NCBI GenBank assembly: GCA_965221775.1
Contig: CBDCSU010000006.1
Span: 1,024,001 to 1,088,000, forward strand
Direction of reading: 5' to 3'
Origin: Candidatus Latescibacterota bacterium
GTDB taxonomy: Bacteria; Latescibacterota; UBA2968; UBA8231
Length of the DNA stretch: 64,000 nt
The notes beneath the pieces were generated by a model. That model saw only the letters and a list, made by a program, of their open reading frames with translations. It did not search any database and was not told the origin of the DNA. The position numbers were made by a program, and so were the translations under genes. This document shows, piece after piece, positions 18,994 through 28,055 of this stretch (position 1 is its first letter; every line of letters begins with the position of its first letter).

Positions 18994-20091
18994 ATGGTCT
19001 CCAAGAGCACCGGCGACGCACCGAAGGACAAGCAGAAGGCCATGGATCAGGCCCTCGCCCAGGTGCAAAAGCAGTACGGCAAGGGCGCCATCATGCGCCT
19101 GGGCGAGTCCCAGGTGGTCGACGTCGACGTCATCCCTACGGGGTGTCTCTCCCTCGATGCCGCTCTCGGCATCGGCGGCCTGCCGCGCGGCCGGGTCATC
19201 GAGATGTTCGGCCCCGAGTCGGCGGGCAAGACGATGTGCGCCCTCACCGCGGTCGCCCAGGCGCAACAGCGCGGGGGCACGGCCGCCTTCATCGACGCCG
19301 AGCACTCCCTCGACGTCGGTTTCGCCCGCCGCCTCGGCATCGACGTCGAGAATCTCCTGGTCTCCCAGCCCGACTGCGGCGAGGAGGCGCTGGAGATCAC
19401 CGACACGCTCGTCCGTTCCGGCGCCATCGACGTGGTCGTCGTCGACTCGGTGGCCGCCCTCGTGCCGCGCGCCGAGCTCGAGGGAGAGATGGGAGACTCC
19501 CAGATGGGCCTGCAGGCCCGGCTCATGTCCCAGGCCCTGCGCAAGCTCACCGGATCGATCCAGAAGTCCCGCACCACGGTGATCTTCATCAACCAGCTGC
19601 GCATGAAGATCGGCGTCATGTTCGGCAACCCGGAGACGACCACCGGCGGCCGGGCCCTGTGCTTCTACGCTTCCGTCCGCCTCGACATCCGCGGCATCGG
19701 CACCATCAAGGATGGGGAGGAGGTCATCGGGCGGCGCACGCGCATCAAGGTGGTCAAGAACAAGGTGGCGCCGCCCTTCCGCGAGGCCGAGTTCGACATC
19801 ATGTTCCGCGGCGACGACGTGGGCATCTCCCGCGAGGGCGACCTCATCGACCTCGGCGTGCAGCACCGGGTCGTCGACAAGAGCGGCACCTGGTTCTCCT
19901 ACGGCGGCGAGCGCCTCGGCCAGGGCAAGGAGAACGCCCGCCTCTTCCTGCGCGAGAATCCCCAGCTCGCCGGTCAGATCGAGGACGAGGTGCGCCACCT
20001 GCTGGAGATCCCGCTGCCGGGGACGGACCCGCGCCCGGGCGGCGACGACACCGAGGCGGCCCCCGCCAAGGCACAGAAAGCGGCGGCCTGA
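18994..20091 (+). CDS. recA: Recombinase RecA
   Basis: [40 protein letters not shown] and [11 protein letters not shown] motifs. AAGGAG ribosome-binding site. Confidence 0.98.
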   Translation: MVSKSTGDAPKDKQKAMDQALAQVQKQYGKGAIMRLGESQVVDVDVIPTGCLSLDAALGIGGLPRGRVIEMFGPESAGKTMCALTAVAQAQQRGGTAAFIDAEHSLDVGFARRLGIDVENLLVSQPDCGEEALEITDTLVRSGAIDVVVVDSVAALVPRAELEGEMGDSQMGLQARLMSQALRKLTGSIQKSRTTVIFINQLRMKIGVMFGNPETTTGGRALCFYASVRLDIRGIGTIKDGEEVIGRRTRIKVVKNKVAPPFREAEFDIMFRGDDVGISREGDLIDLGVQHRVVDKSGTWFSYGGERLGQGKENARLFLRENPQLAGQIEDEVRHLLEIPLPGTDPRPGGDDTEAAPAKAQKAAA

Positions 20092-20213
20092 CGCCCTTCC
20101 TCCACGGAGCGGCCCCCGCGTCCTCCCGCCCGGAGGGTTTCCGGGAATCCTGACCGCGGCGGCCGCTCCCCCCTCCCCCCTGCTCCCCGGCCTCCCCCTG
20201 TGGCCCTCCCCTG

Positions 20214-20258
20214 CGAGAGGGGCTGTCGCTCGACTCGACAGCCCCTCTCGTTACATTT
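20214..20258 (+). terminator. Strong hairpin, probable terminator downstream of recA
   Basis: Perfect 15-bp stem CGAGAGGGGCTGTCG/CGACAGCCCCTCTCG with a 7-nt loop and TTACATTT tail. Confidence 0.65.
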
Positions 20259-20267
20259 CGGCAGGCC

Positions 20268-20603
20268 ATGGATCCCAACTGGGTCGTCAAGAAAAACGAG
20301 TGGTCGTCGGAATCCGCCGGCGCCATCCCCTTCCTGGAGGCCGTGCGCGTCCTGTTCGCCGTGCACGAGCTGGTCGAACGGTTCCCCGTGCTCCTCGAGT
20401 ACCACCTGCGCAGCGACATCCGCCGCCGGGTCTCGGCCTCCGGCCTGCGCTCCGTCCGAGGCGACTTCCACGTGCAGACGATCTGCCGCTACCTGGAGCA
20501 GTCCTCCGAGGGGGTCTTCGTCATCGAACGCCACCTGCCCCCCGACCTGGAGGAGGACCGGGCCCTCCTGCTGCAGGCCCTCGAGCAGGCCGGGGGAGCC
20601 TGA
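20268..20603 (+). CDS. Hypothetical protein (111 aa)
   Basis: Normal protein composition and high-GC3 codon usage. Its stop overlaps the hpt start (TGATG). Confidence 0.75.
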   Translation: MDPNWVVKKNEWSSESAGAIPFLEAVRVLFAVHELVERFPVLLEYHLRSDIRRRVSASGLRSVRGDFHVQTICRYLEQSSEGVFVIERHLPPDLEEDRALLLQALEQAGGA

Positions 20604-21139
20604 TGGCCGCCGCCGTCCGCGTCCTCTTCGACGAGGGCGCCATCGCCAGGAGGGTGTCGGCCCTGGCCTCCCAGATCGCCGCCGACCACGGCGGCAGGCC
20701 GCCCGTGATCGTGGGCATCCGCAACGGGGCCGTGCCCTTCATGATGGATCTGCTCCGCGCCCTCCCGGCCCCCTGGCGCCCCGGCCTCGTCTTCGACTTC
20801 CTCGACGCCGCCTCCTACGCGGGATCCCGGTCCATCGGCGACGTGCGTCTGGCCGGGGACCTCGTCGTCTCCGTCGAGGGACAGGAGGTTCTCGTCGTCG
20901 ACGGCATCGTCGACACGGGCCGGACGATGGAGGCCGTGCTGAATCACCTCCGGGGCAAGAAGCCCTCCCAAGTCCGCGTCTGCACCCTGCTGGACAAGCC
21001 CAGCCGCCGCAGCGTGCCCGTGCCGATCGACTACCGCGGCTTCGAGGTGGAGGACCTGTTCGTCGTCGGCTACGGGATGGATCTCGACCAGCGCTTCCGC
21101 GGCCTGCGCCACATCGGCGTCGTCGAAGAGAGTGACTGA
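20603..21139 (+). CDS. hpt: Hypoxanthine phosphoribosyltransferase (divergent)
   Basis: SY loop, VLVVDGIVDTGRT, CTLLDKP and FVVGYGMD motifs. Confidence 0.85.
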   Translation: MAAAVRVLFDEGAIARRVSALASQIAADHGGRPPVIVGIRNGAVPFMMDLLRALPAPWRPGLVFDFLDAASYAGSRSIGDVRLAGDLVVSVEGQEVLVVDGIVDTGRTMEAVLNHLRGKKPSQVRVCTLLDKPSRRSVPVPIDYRGFEVEDLFVVGYGMDLDQRFRGLRHIGVVEESD

Positions 21140-21298
21140 AGCGGCCGGCGTCGGCTGCCCGGGCGCCATTTGCGATGCCCGCGGCATCCCCTGAAATTCG
21201 CACAAGCCGGGGCCGGCGGAGGGGACGAACCGACACGGCCGGCCAGCGGCGATCCCGGCGCCCCCGAGAGGCGCCGCCCCTCCATCCGGAGAGCAATC

Positions 21299-22162
21299 AT
21301 GGCCGAAACGAAATCCCCAAGGAAGCGCGGCAAGACCCCCCTGATCCTGTTGTCCCCTGCCAAGTCCCTCGACTTCGAGACGCCGGCGCCAACGAAGAAG
21401 GCCGGGATCCCCCGGTTCCTGGACGATCAGACGGGAGAGCTGGCCGGGCTCCTCAAGGAGAAGACCGCCGTCGAGCTGGCAGGGCTGATGAGCCTGAGCG
21501 CGAGGCTGGCAGAGCTCAACTTCCGCCGCTACCAGAGCTTCGACCCGGCCGTCGTCCGCCGACAGGCGAAGAAGGCCGGCCAGACCGGGGGCCGCGGCCG
21601 GGAGGCCACTCCCCCGACGGCCAAGCAGGCCCTGTGGGCCTTTACCGGGGACGTGTACCAGGGCTTCGACGCCCCCTCCCTGAAGGGGCGGAACATCGAC
21701 CGCGCCGACCAGCGCATCCGCATCCTCTCCGGCCTCTACGGGTATCTCAGGCCCCTCGACCTGATGCTCCCCTACCGGCTGGAGATGGGCACCCGGCTGG
21801 AGACACCCCGGGGCCGGGATCTCTACCAGTTCTGGGGCAGCGCCATCACCGAGGGCCTGGCCGAGGAGGGACCGCCCTGGATCTGCAACCTGGCGAGCAA
21901 GGAGTACTACCGGTCGGTGCGCGAGAAGGAGCTGCCCTGTCCGGTGGTGCACCCGGTCTTCCAGGACGAGTCGGGGGGGACCTTCAAGGTGCTGGGCATG
22001 TTCGCCAAGCACGCCCGCGGTCTCATGGCCCGGTGGCTGGTCGACAACGACGTGCGGGACCCGGGGGAGCTGCCGGAATTCGATGGCGGCGGCTACCGCT
22101 TCAACGCCCCTGATTCGACCCCGTCGGCGCCTGTATTCAGACGCCCGGCGACTGCCAGGTAG
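21299..22162 (+). CDS. yaaA: Peroxide stress protein YaaA (UPF0246/DUF328)
   Basis: LLSPAKSLDF, GDVY, LSGLYG.LRPLD, PYRLEMGT, NLASKEY and AKHARG motifs. Confidence 0.93.
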   Translation: MAETKSPRKRGKTPLILLSPAKSLDFETPAPTKKAGIPRFLDDQTGELAGLLKEKTAVELAGLMSLSARLAELNFRRYQSFDPAVVRRQAKKAGQTGGRGREATPPTAKQALWAFTGDVYQGFDAPSLKGRNIDRADQRIRILSGLYGYLRPLDLMLPYRLEMGTRLETPRGRDLYQFWGSAITEGLAEEGPPWICNLASKEYYRSVREKELPCPVVHPVFQDESGGTFKVLGMFAKHARGLMARWLVDNDVRDPGELPEFDGGGYRFNAPDSTPSAPVFRRPATAR

Positions 22163-22478
22163 GTCCACCCACCCCAAGGCGGGCCCCGCCGAGGCCGGGG
22201 AGAGCGGAGCGGTCTCGGGCGCCCGGCGGCGGTTCGGTCCGTGGAGCCTTCGGGGCGCGCCCACCTTCCGGGAAGGGTTGGGCCGGCCGGGGCAGCGGCG
22301 GCCTCGAGGGCTTCGCATCGCTGTTGGCGCGGCGCAGAGCTCCTGGATCGGTCGGCCTGGGAGTTGCGCCAGCTCCAGAGACGCCGTGCGCCTGGTCCCT
22401 GGTCCTGCCGGGACAGTCTCTCCGCCGCCAGACGCCCTCCCGCCCGGTGCCCCGGCGAGATCCGGCAGGGCTTCCCGG

Positions 22479-23321
22479 TCAGCCGTGCAGACCCGTCTCC
22501 CGGAAGGCCCGCTGGAGGGTCCGGTGGCAGAGCGCCGCGGCCTCCATGGGATCGTACCCCGGCCGGCGGTGGACGGCCATGCTCACCTCCGCGGTGACGC
22601 AGCCCGCGTAGCCGGCGGCATCCATCCGCCGCAGGTAGTCGCAGTAGTCGAAGGGCCCCTCCCCCGGGATCAGGAACTCGAAGTCGGGCACGCGCCCCCG
22701 CTGGTCCTTCACGTGGGTGTGCGCCGCCCACGGCGCCAGCAGCTCCACGCTGCGTCCCGTGGGGATGCCGCTGACCTCGAAGTGGCTGATGTCGAAGTTG
22801 AGCCGCAGGTGCGGCGAGTCCACCTGCCGCAGCAGCTCGACGATCTTCCCGGGCTGCTCGCACAGTCCGTCGCCGATGTGCGGCTCCAGGGCCAGGACCA
22901 CCCCCCGGGACGCGCAGTAGTCGACGATCTCGCCCAGCCGCTCGAGGACGAAGCCCTCGCCGCCGTTCCAGGTCTCCGGCGTGCTGCCGAGGACGCTGTC
23001 GACAACCGGGGGGCCCTGGGGTCCGGCCCAGTCGACGCAGAGGTCGACGGCGCCCGTGAGCCGGCGCCAGTTCTCGGCGTGGGCGTCCGCCTCCGGGCTG
23101 AGCAGGCTGGAGTGGCCGCCCACGGCGGTCAGCTCGAGGCCGTGCTCGTCGAGGAGGCGCCGGATGCGCCGGCGCTCGGCGGCGTCGAGGGTGTCCAGCT
23201 CGGTGGTGAAGCCGCGGATGACGGCGATCTCGACGCCGTCGAAACCGAGCCCCGCCAGGTGCCGCAGGGCATCGTCGATGGGCACCCGCGGCATGCCCCA
23301 GGTGGTGTAGCCCATCTTCAC
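22479..23321 (-). CDS. Sugar phosphate isomerase/epimerase (AP endonuclease 2 TIM barrel)
   Basis: GFDGVEI, ALEPH, NFDISH, HTHVKD and TAEVS metal-ligand motifs. Confidence 0.88.
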   Translation of the reverse strand: MKMGYTTWGMPRVPIDDALRHLAGLGFDGVEIAVIRGFTTELDTLDAAERRRIRRLLDEHGLELTAVGGHSSLLSPEADAHAENWRRLTGAVDLCVDWAGPQGPPVVDSVLGSTPETWNGGEGFVLERLGEIVDYCASRGVVLALEPHIGDGLCEQPGKIVELLRQVDSPHLRLNFDISHFEVSGIPTGRSVELLAPWAAHTHVKDQRGRVPDFEFLIPGEGPFDYCDYLRRMDAAGYAGCVTAEVSMAVHRRPGYDPMEAAALCHRTLQRAFRETGLHG

Positions 23322-23329
23322 GGGGCGGC

Positions 23330-24262
23330 CTACACCCGGTTGAGGAAGTCCGCCTCGGCCTGCAGCACCTCGGCCGCATCGAAACCCGGCTCTCCGGGCC
23401 CCGTCTTGGCGCTGCACTTCATCCCCAGGAAGGCGGGCTCCGTCGACCGGCCCAGCCGCTCGGCGCAGGCCTCGCCGTCGGCCAGGGTGAAGCCGCTTTC
23501 CGGGTCGAGGTGCGAGTTGTGACCGTCGGCGAAGCCGTCGGGCGTGGCCGCCGCCCCGGACAGAATCACGCCGGCCAGGGGCACGGGCGAGGCCAGGACC
23601 TCCTCCACCACGTCCAGGGGCCGGTCGCCGTTGATCAGCAGGCGGCCCCAGTTGATCACCGCCGATACCGGCGGCCCCCCCGGGGCGTTGGCCGCGGCCA
23701 CCGCCTCAAGGAGCTGGGCCGTGTTCAGGGAGGCCTTCTTGGCGCTCGGGAAGGGGATGGCGTGATCGGCGGCCAGACTGTCGGTGATCTCCACGGCGAG
23801 GCGGCAGTCGGGCAGGACCGCGGCGAGGGCGCCGCGCAGCTCCAGCAGGCTCCGGTAGAGGGACACGGAATGGGCCACGGGGCCGCCGGTCCGCTGCCCC
23901 ACGTGGACCTCCAGGGCGGCGATGCCGATGCCTTCGCCCTGCAGACGCAGGCACTGCTGGATCACCGACTGCGCGTCGAGGACGGCCTCGCGCCGGCCCC
24001 GCTCCTCGGTCGAGCCGAGGCCGTAGGCGACGTTCGACTGCCCCTTGCCGGCCCACTGGGCGACCAGGGTCACCACCAGCGACGCCGAGACCTCGGAGAA
24101 CACCTCCTGCAGGGGCTCGCTCAGCGGCGTCCCGGCCAGCAGCGGGATCTCGAAGCAGCTCAACTTCCATTCGCCGGCGGCGTGGCGGTACCAGCCGGCC
24201 TGCTCATCGGGCGGCAGAGCGCCGATGGCGGCGTAGGCGCCCAGGACCTTCCTGTCGATCAC
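23330..24262 (-). CDS. DUF4862-like TIM-barrel protein
   Basis: N-terminal GAYA, EIP and NWGR motifs recalled for DUF4862. Confidence 0.55.
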   Translation of the reverse strand: MIDRKVLGAYAAIGALPPDEQAGWYRHAAGEWKLSCFEIPLLAGTPLSEPLQEVFSEVSASLVVTLVAQWAGKGQSNVAYGLGSTEERGRREAVLDAQSVIQQCLRLQGEGIGIAALEVHVGQRTGGPVAHSVSLYRSLLELRGALAAVLPDCRLAVEITDSLAADHAIPFPSAKKASLNTAQLLEAVAAANAPGGPPVSAVINWGRLLINGDRPLDVVEEVLASPVPLAGVILSGAAATPDGFADGHNSHLDPESGFTLADGEACAERLGRSTEPAFLGMKCSAKTGPGEPGFDAAEVLQAEADFLNRV

Positions 24263-24834
24263 GGTTGACTCCTCTGTGGGGGATGGTCGGCGGTGGCGGC
24301 TTCCAGCTTCACCGCCGCCCAGCTGCTGCCGCTCACCGACGTGGCGGCGGCGGCCAGGATCTCGACTTCATAGAAGTGGGCCGGTCCGAGAGCGCGCAAC
24401 TCCATGTTGTCGGCCCGCGCCCCGGCGGGCAGCTCGATCTCGACCCAGTCGTTCGCGACGCGGGAGAAGTCGTCGACCCGGGCGGTCTGCTCTCCCGGGG
24501 GATCGCGCACCGCGCCCTCGTCCTCGAGATACCCGCCCGCGAAGGTGCGGACCTGGTAGTCGTTGGCGATCTCGCCGACGCGGATGCGCACGCCTTCGAT
24601 CTCGCGGATCCCGCGCCAGGCGAAGACCAGGATGCCCTTGGAGTTCCAGACGAAGGGCCGGGCGCCGGCCTCGGGCGGGACCAGGCCGTCGGTGAGCCAA
24701 GCCGGGTCGCCCTCGTGCTCGTTCCAGGTGGTGGCCCGGGTGAGGGCGTCGACGGCGACGTTGCGGCCGGCCTCGGCGGGCAGGAGGAGGACGAGCAGGG
24801 GCAGACCCGCCCACCAGGGGCGGAAGGGAGGCAT
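24259..24834 (-). CDS. Secreted beta-sandwich-like protein with a C-terminal TSV..SWAAVK tail
   Basis: Signal peptide (LPLLVLLLPAEA), WLTDG and EVEI motifs. Overlaps both neighbours at start/stop codons. Confidence 0.7.
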   Translation of the reverse strand: MPPFRPWWAGLPLLVLLLPAEAGRNVAVDALTRATTWNEHEGDPAWLTDGLVPPEAGARPFVWNSKGILVFAWRGIREIEGVRIRVGEIANDYQVRTFAGGYLEDEGAVRDPPGEQTARVDDFSRVANDWVEIELPAGARADNMELRALGPAHFYEVEILAAAATSVSGSSWAAVKLEAATADHPPQRSQP

Positions 24835-25550
24835 CACCGGCCCGCGGCCAGCCCGGCCCAGTTGCGGTAGACGGGCTCGCCCACGCGGTGGAGCTCCGCG
24901 AGCCGGCCCGGCGTCTCCGCCAGCAAGTCGGCGGCCTCGAGGCCCGCCGCGCGCGCCTCCTCCTCGAAGGAGGTGATCATGTCGGCGGCGCCCTTTGCTG
25001 TCACCTCCATGTGGAAGAGCAGGCCATAGGCGCCGGCACCGTAGACGAAGGCCTGGCACGCCGTCTGCGCCGAAGAGGCCAGGTGTGCGGCCCCCGGGGG
25101 CAGGTCGAAGATGTCGCCGTGCCAGTGGAAGGCGTGGAACCGGCCGCCCGCGGCGGCGGCCTCCTTCCACAGGGGATCGCCGGCGGCGAGTCCGCCCAGG
25201 CGCACCTCGTGCCAGCCGATCTCCGGGGCCTCCCCCTTGCGCACGCGGGACCCGAGGACGGCGGCCAGCAGCTGGCTGCCCAGACAGACGCCAAGGACGG
25301 GGAGCTCCGCCTTCAGGGCCCCTTCGGCCAGACGCATCTCGTCCTCCAGCCACGGATAGCGGTCGCTCTCGTACACGCCCATGGGGCCGCCCATGAGCAC
25401 CAGGCCGGCGTAGCCCTCCATGTCGCCGGGCACCCGCTGTCCCGCGTACGAGTGGACGTACTCGGCCTTCAGTCCCGCGGCCGTCAGGGCCTGCTCGATG
25501 GTGCCGAGGTTCTCCACGGGATGGTGCTGCATCACGAGGACGGTCGACAT
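24834..25550 (-). CDS. Class I glutamine amidotransferase-like protein
   Basis: MGGPMGVY, LGVCLGSQL, WHGD and FHME (Cys-His-Glu triad). Confidence 0.9.
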   Translation of the reverse strand: MSTVLVMQHHPVENLGTIEQALTAAGLKAEYVHSYAGQRVPGDMEGYAGLVLMGGPMGVYESDRYPWLEDEMRLAEGALKAELPVLGVCLGSQLLAAVLGSRVRKGEAPEIGWHEVRLGGLAAGDPLWKEAAAAGGRFHAFHWHGDIFDLPPGAAHLASSAQTACQAFVYGAGAYGLLFHMEVTAKGAADMITSFEEEARAAGLEAADLLAETPGRLAELHRVGEPVYRNWAGLAAGR

Positions 25551-26665
25551 CAGCCGCTCTCCTTGTCGGGTCCGATGCGGGGGCTTCCGCCGGGGGGCAC
25601 GTAGACCGGCTCCGGCTCCAGGGACACACCGAAGGTCTGGCGCACGCCGGCGGCGACCTCCCCGGCCAGGGCCAGCACGTCGGCGCTGCCGCCGCCCCGG
25701 TTGACGAGGGCCAGGGCATGGCGCTCCGAGATGGCGGCGCCGCCCCGGAGGGTTCCGCGGACAAAGCCGGCGCGCTCCACGAGCCAGGCGGCGGCGACCT
25801 TGTGGCGTCCGCCTCCCGCGGGATACACCGGGATCTCGGCGGCAGACCCGCCCCGCCCCCGCCAGCGCTCCCGCACCTCGGCCAGCTGCGCCGCGGTCAG
25901 CACCGGGTTGAGGAAGAACGACCCCGCCGAGCGCGAGTCCGGGCCGCTGTCCAGGAGCATCGCCTTGCCGCGGCGCAGATGCAGGACCGCCTCGCGCACG
26001 GCGTTGGAGACGGGCGCTCCCGCCGGCAGGCTCTCCAGGTCGACGCCTTCCGCCTCCAGCCGGCGCCCCAGCTCGGGATAGCGGATCTCGGGACGGCGGC
26101 TCTTCGGCAGCCGGTAGGTGACCCGTGTGATGATGCAGCGGTCGCGGTCCTCGCCCTTGAAGCGGCTGGTTCGGTAGCCGAAGCCGCACTCCTCGTTGGT
26201 GAAGACCCTGGCCTCGCCCGAAGCGCGGTCGATGGCCCTCACCTCGACGATGGTGTCGCAGACCTCCTGGCCGTAGGCGCCCACGTTCTGCATCGGCGTG
26301 GCCCCCACCTGGCCGGGGATGCCGGAGAGGCACTCGACGCCGGCCAGGTCGGCCTCGATGCAGCGGCGCACGAGGGCGTCCCAGTCCTCGCCCGCGGCGG
26401 CGGAGACGGCGGCGGCGGCGCCGCTCTCCTCGATGCGCACGCCGAGGAGCCCCACGTGCAGCACGAGACCGTCGTAGCCGGCGTCGTCGAAGAGGGTGTT
26501 GCTGCCGCCCCCCAGCACGTGCACCGGCAGGCCGCGGGACCGGCCCCACCTCAGGGCCTCGCGGACCTCCTCCTCGGTGGTGCAGTGGGCGAAGTGGCGG
26601 GCCTCGCCGCCCAGGCCGAGGCTGGTGTACGGGGCGAGTCGGACGCCGTCGACGATCCTCATCAT
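25550..26665 (-). CDS. murB: UDP-N-acetylenolpyruvoylglucosamine reductase
   Basis: GGGSN, GIPG.VG...QNVGAYG, SAGSFFLNP, HALALVN and LEPEP motifs. Confidence 0.95.
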   Translation of the reverse strand: MMRIVDGVRLAPYTSLGLGGEARHFAHCTTEEEVREALRWGRSRGLPVHVLGGGSNTLFDDAGYDGLVLHVGLLGVRIEESGAAAAVSAAAGEDWDALVRRCIEADLAGVECLSGIPGQVGATPMQNVGAYGQEVCDTIVEVRAIDRASGEARVFTNEECGFGYRTSRFKGEDRDRCIITRVTYRLPKSRRPEIRYPELGRRLEAEGVDLESLPAGAPVSNAVREAVLHLRRGKAMLLDSGPDSRSAGSFFLNPVLTAAQLAEVRERWRGRGGSAAEIPVYPAGGGRHKVAAAWLVERAGFVRGTLRGGAAISERHALALVNRGGGSADVLALAGEVAAGVRQTFGVSLEPEPVYVPPGGSPRIGPDKESG

Positions 26666-26756
26666 CTCTTTGCCGGTGTATCAGGGCGCCCGTAACTTCC
26701 ACAACAACACCGGCCCGCTCAAACCTCCCCACCCCTCCGAAAGCCTCCGGCTTACC

Positions 26757-28055
26757 GTGCGCACCGACATCCCCGACGATCTCCGGGCCGAGGCCTCGGT
26801 GCGCGACGCCGAGGCCGCCCTGCGCACCTGCGTGCACTGCGGGTTCTGCAACGCCACCTGTCCCACCTACCTGCTCACCGGCAACGAGCTGGAAGGCCCG
26901 AGAGGCCGGATCTACCTGATGAAGAGCGTCCTCGAGGGGCGGGTGGAACCATCGACGGCGACTCTCGGCCACATCGACAACTGCCTCGGCTGCCTCGCCT
27001 GCGAGACCACCTGCCCCAGCGGGGTCCTCTACTCGAGGCTGCTCGACGACGCCCGTCCCCGCCTCGAGAAGATGCGCCGCCGAGGGCTCGCCGACCGCCT
27101 GCAGCGCGCCCTGATCACGCGGCTGCTGCCCCACCCCGGCCGCTTCCGGCTCGCCCTGCACCTGGCCCGCTGGACGCGTCCGCTGGCCGCCCTGCTGCCC
27201 CGGCGGTTCCGGCACCTGGCGGCCATGGCTCCCCGGCGGCTGCCGGCGCCGGCGGGACTGGCGACCCCGGGCGTGCACGCCCCCCGGGGGCCGGCGCGTC
27301 TGCGCGCCGCCCTGCTCACCGGCTGCGCCCAGTCGGTCCTCGGGCCGGCGATCAACGACGCCGCCGTGCGCCTCCTCACGCGCCTCGGGGTGGAGGTGGT
27401 GATCCCCCCGGAGGCGGGCTGCTGCGGGGCCCTCACCTGGCACATGGGCGAGCGCCCGCGGAGCCTGCAGTGGATGGCGAACAACATCGACGTCTGGAGC
27501 CGGCTCCTCGACGACGGGGTCGACGCGGTGGTGCTCACCACCTCCGGATGCGCCACCGCCGTGCGCGAGTACGGGCACATCTTCGCCGAGGACCCCGAAC
27601 GCGCCGGGTCCGCCGGGCGGGTGGCGGCGGCGACCCGGGACATCGCCGAGATCGTCGCCGACCTCGGCCTCGGCGAGACGGTGGAGATCCCGCCGCTGCG
27701 CCTGGCCTACCACGACGCCTGCTCCCTGCAGCACGGACTGAAGGTCCGCGACCAACCGAGGCGCCTGCTGGGCGAGGCGGGCTTCCAGGTGGTCGAGATC
27801 CCCGAGGGCCACATCTGCTGCGGCAGCGCCGGCACCTACAACCTGCTGCGGCCGCACCTCGCCGGGCCCCTGCAGCAGCGCAAGGCCGACCACATCCGCG
27901 GCCTGGAGCCGGACGCGGTGGCGGCGGGCAACATCGGCTGCCTGGAGCAGATCGGGGCCGCCGTAGGCTGTCCGGTGGTCCACACCGTGGAGCTCCTCGA
28001 CTGGGCCACCGGCGGACCCCGCCCCGAGGCGCTGGCGGAGGCCGGTTCCGCTTGA
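26757..28055 (+). CDS. glcF: Glycolate oxidase iron-sulfur subunit GlcF-like
   Basis: CVHCGFCNATCPTY and CLGCLACETTCPSGV, plus two CCG domains (CCGA, CCGSAGTYN). Confidence 0.9.
   Translation: MRTDIPDDLRAEASVRDAEAALRTCVHCGFCNATCPTYLLTGNELEGPRGRIYLMKSVLEGRVEPSTATLGHIDNCLGCLACETTCPSGVLYSRLLDDARPRLEKMRRRGLADRLQRALITRLLPHPGRFRLALHLARWTRPLAALLPRRFRHLAAMAPRRLPAPAGLATPGVHAPRGPARLRAALLTGCAQSVLGPAINDAAVRLLTRLGVEVVIPPEAGCCGALTWHMGERPRSLQWMANNIDVWSRLLDDGVDAVVLTTSGCATAVREYGHIFAEDPERAGSAGRVAAATRDIAEIVADLGLGETVEIPPLRLAYHDACSLQHGLKVRDQPRRLLGEAGFQVVEIPEGHICCGSAGTYNLLRPHLAGPLQQRKADHIRGLEPDAVAAGNIGCLEQIGAAVGCPVVHTVELLDWATGGPRPEALAEAGSA

Noticed and set aside
22163-22478. 316-bp gap between convergent genes as a possible ncRNA or repeat
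   Set aside because: No recognisable motif, repeat or convincing ORF by eye. An Rfam search would be needed.
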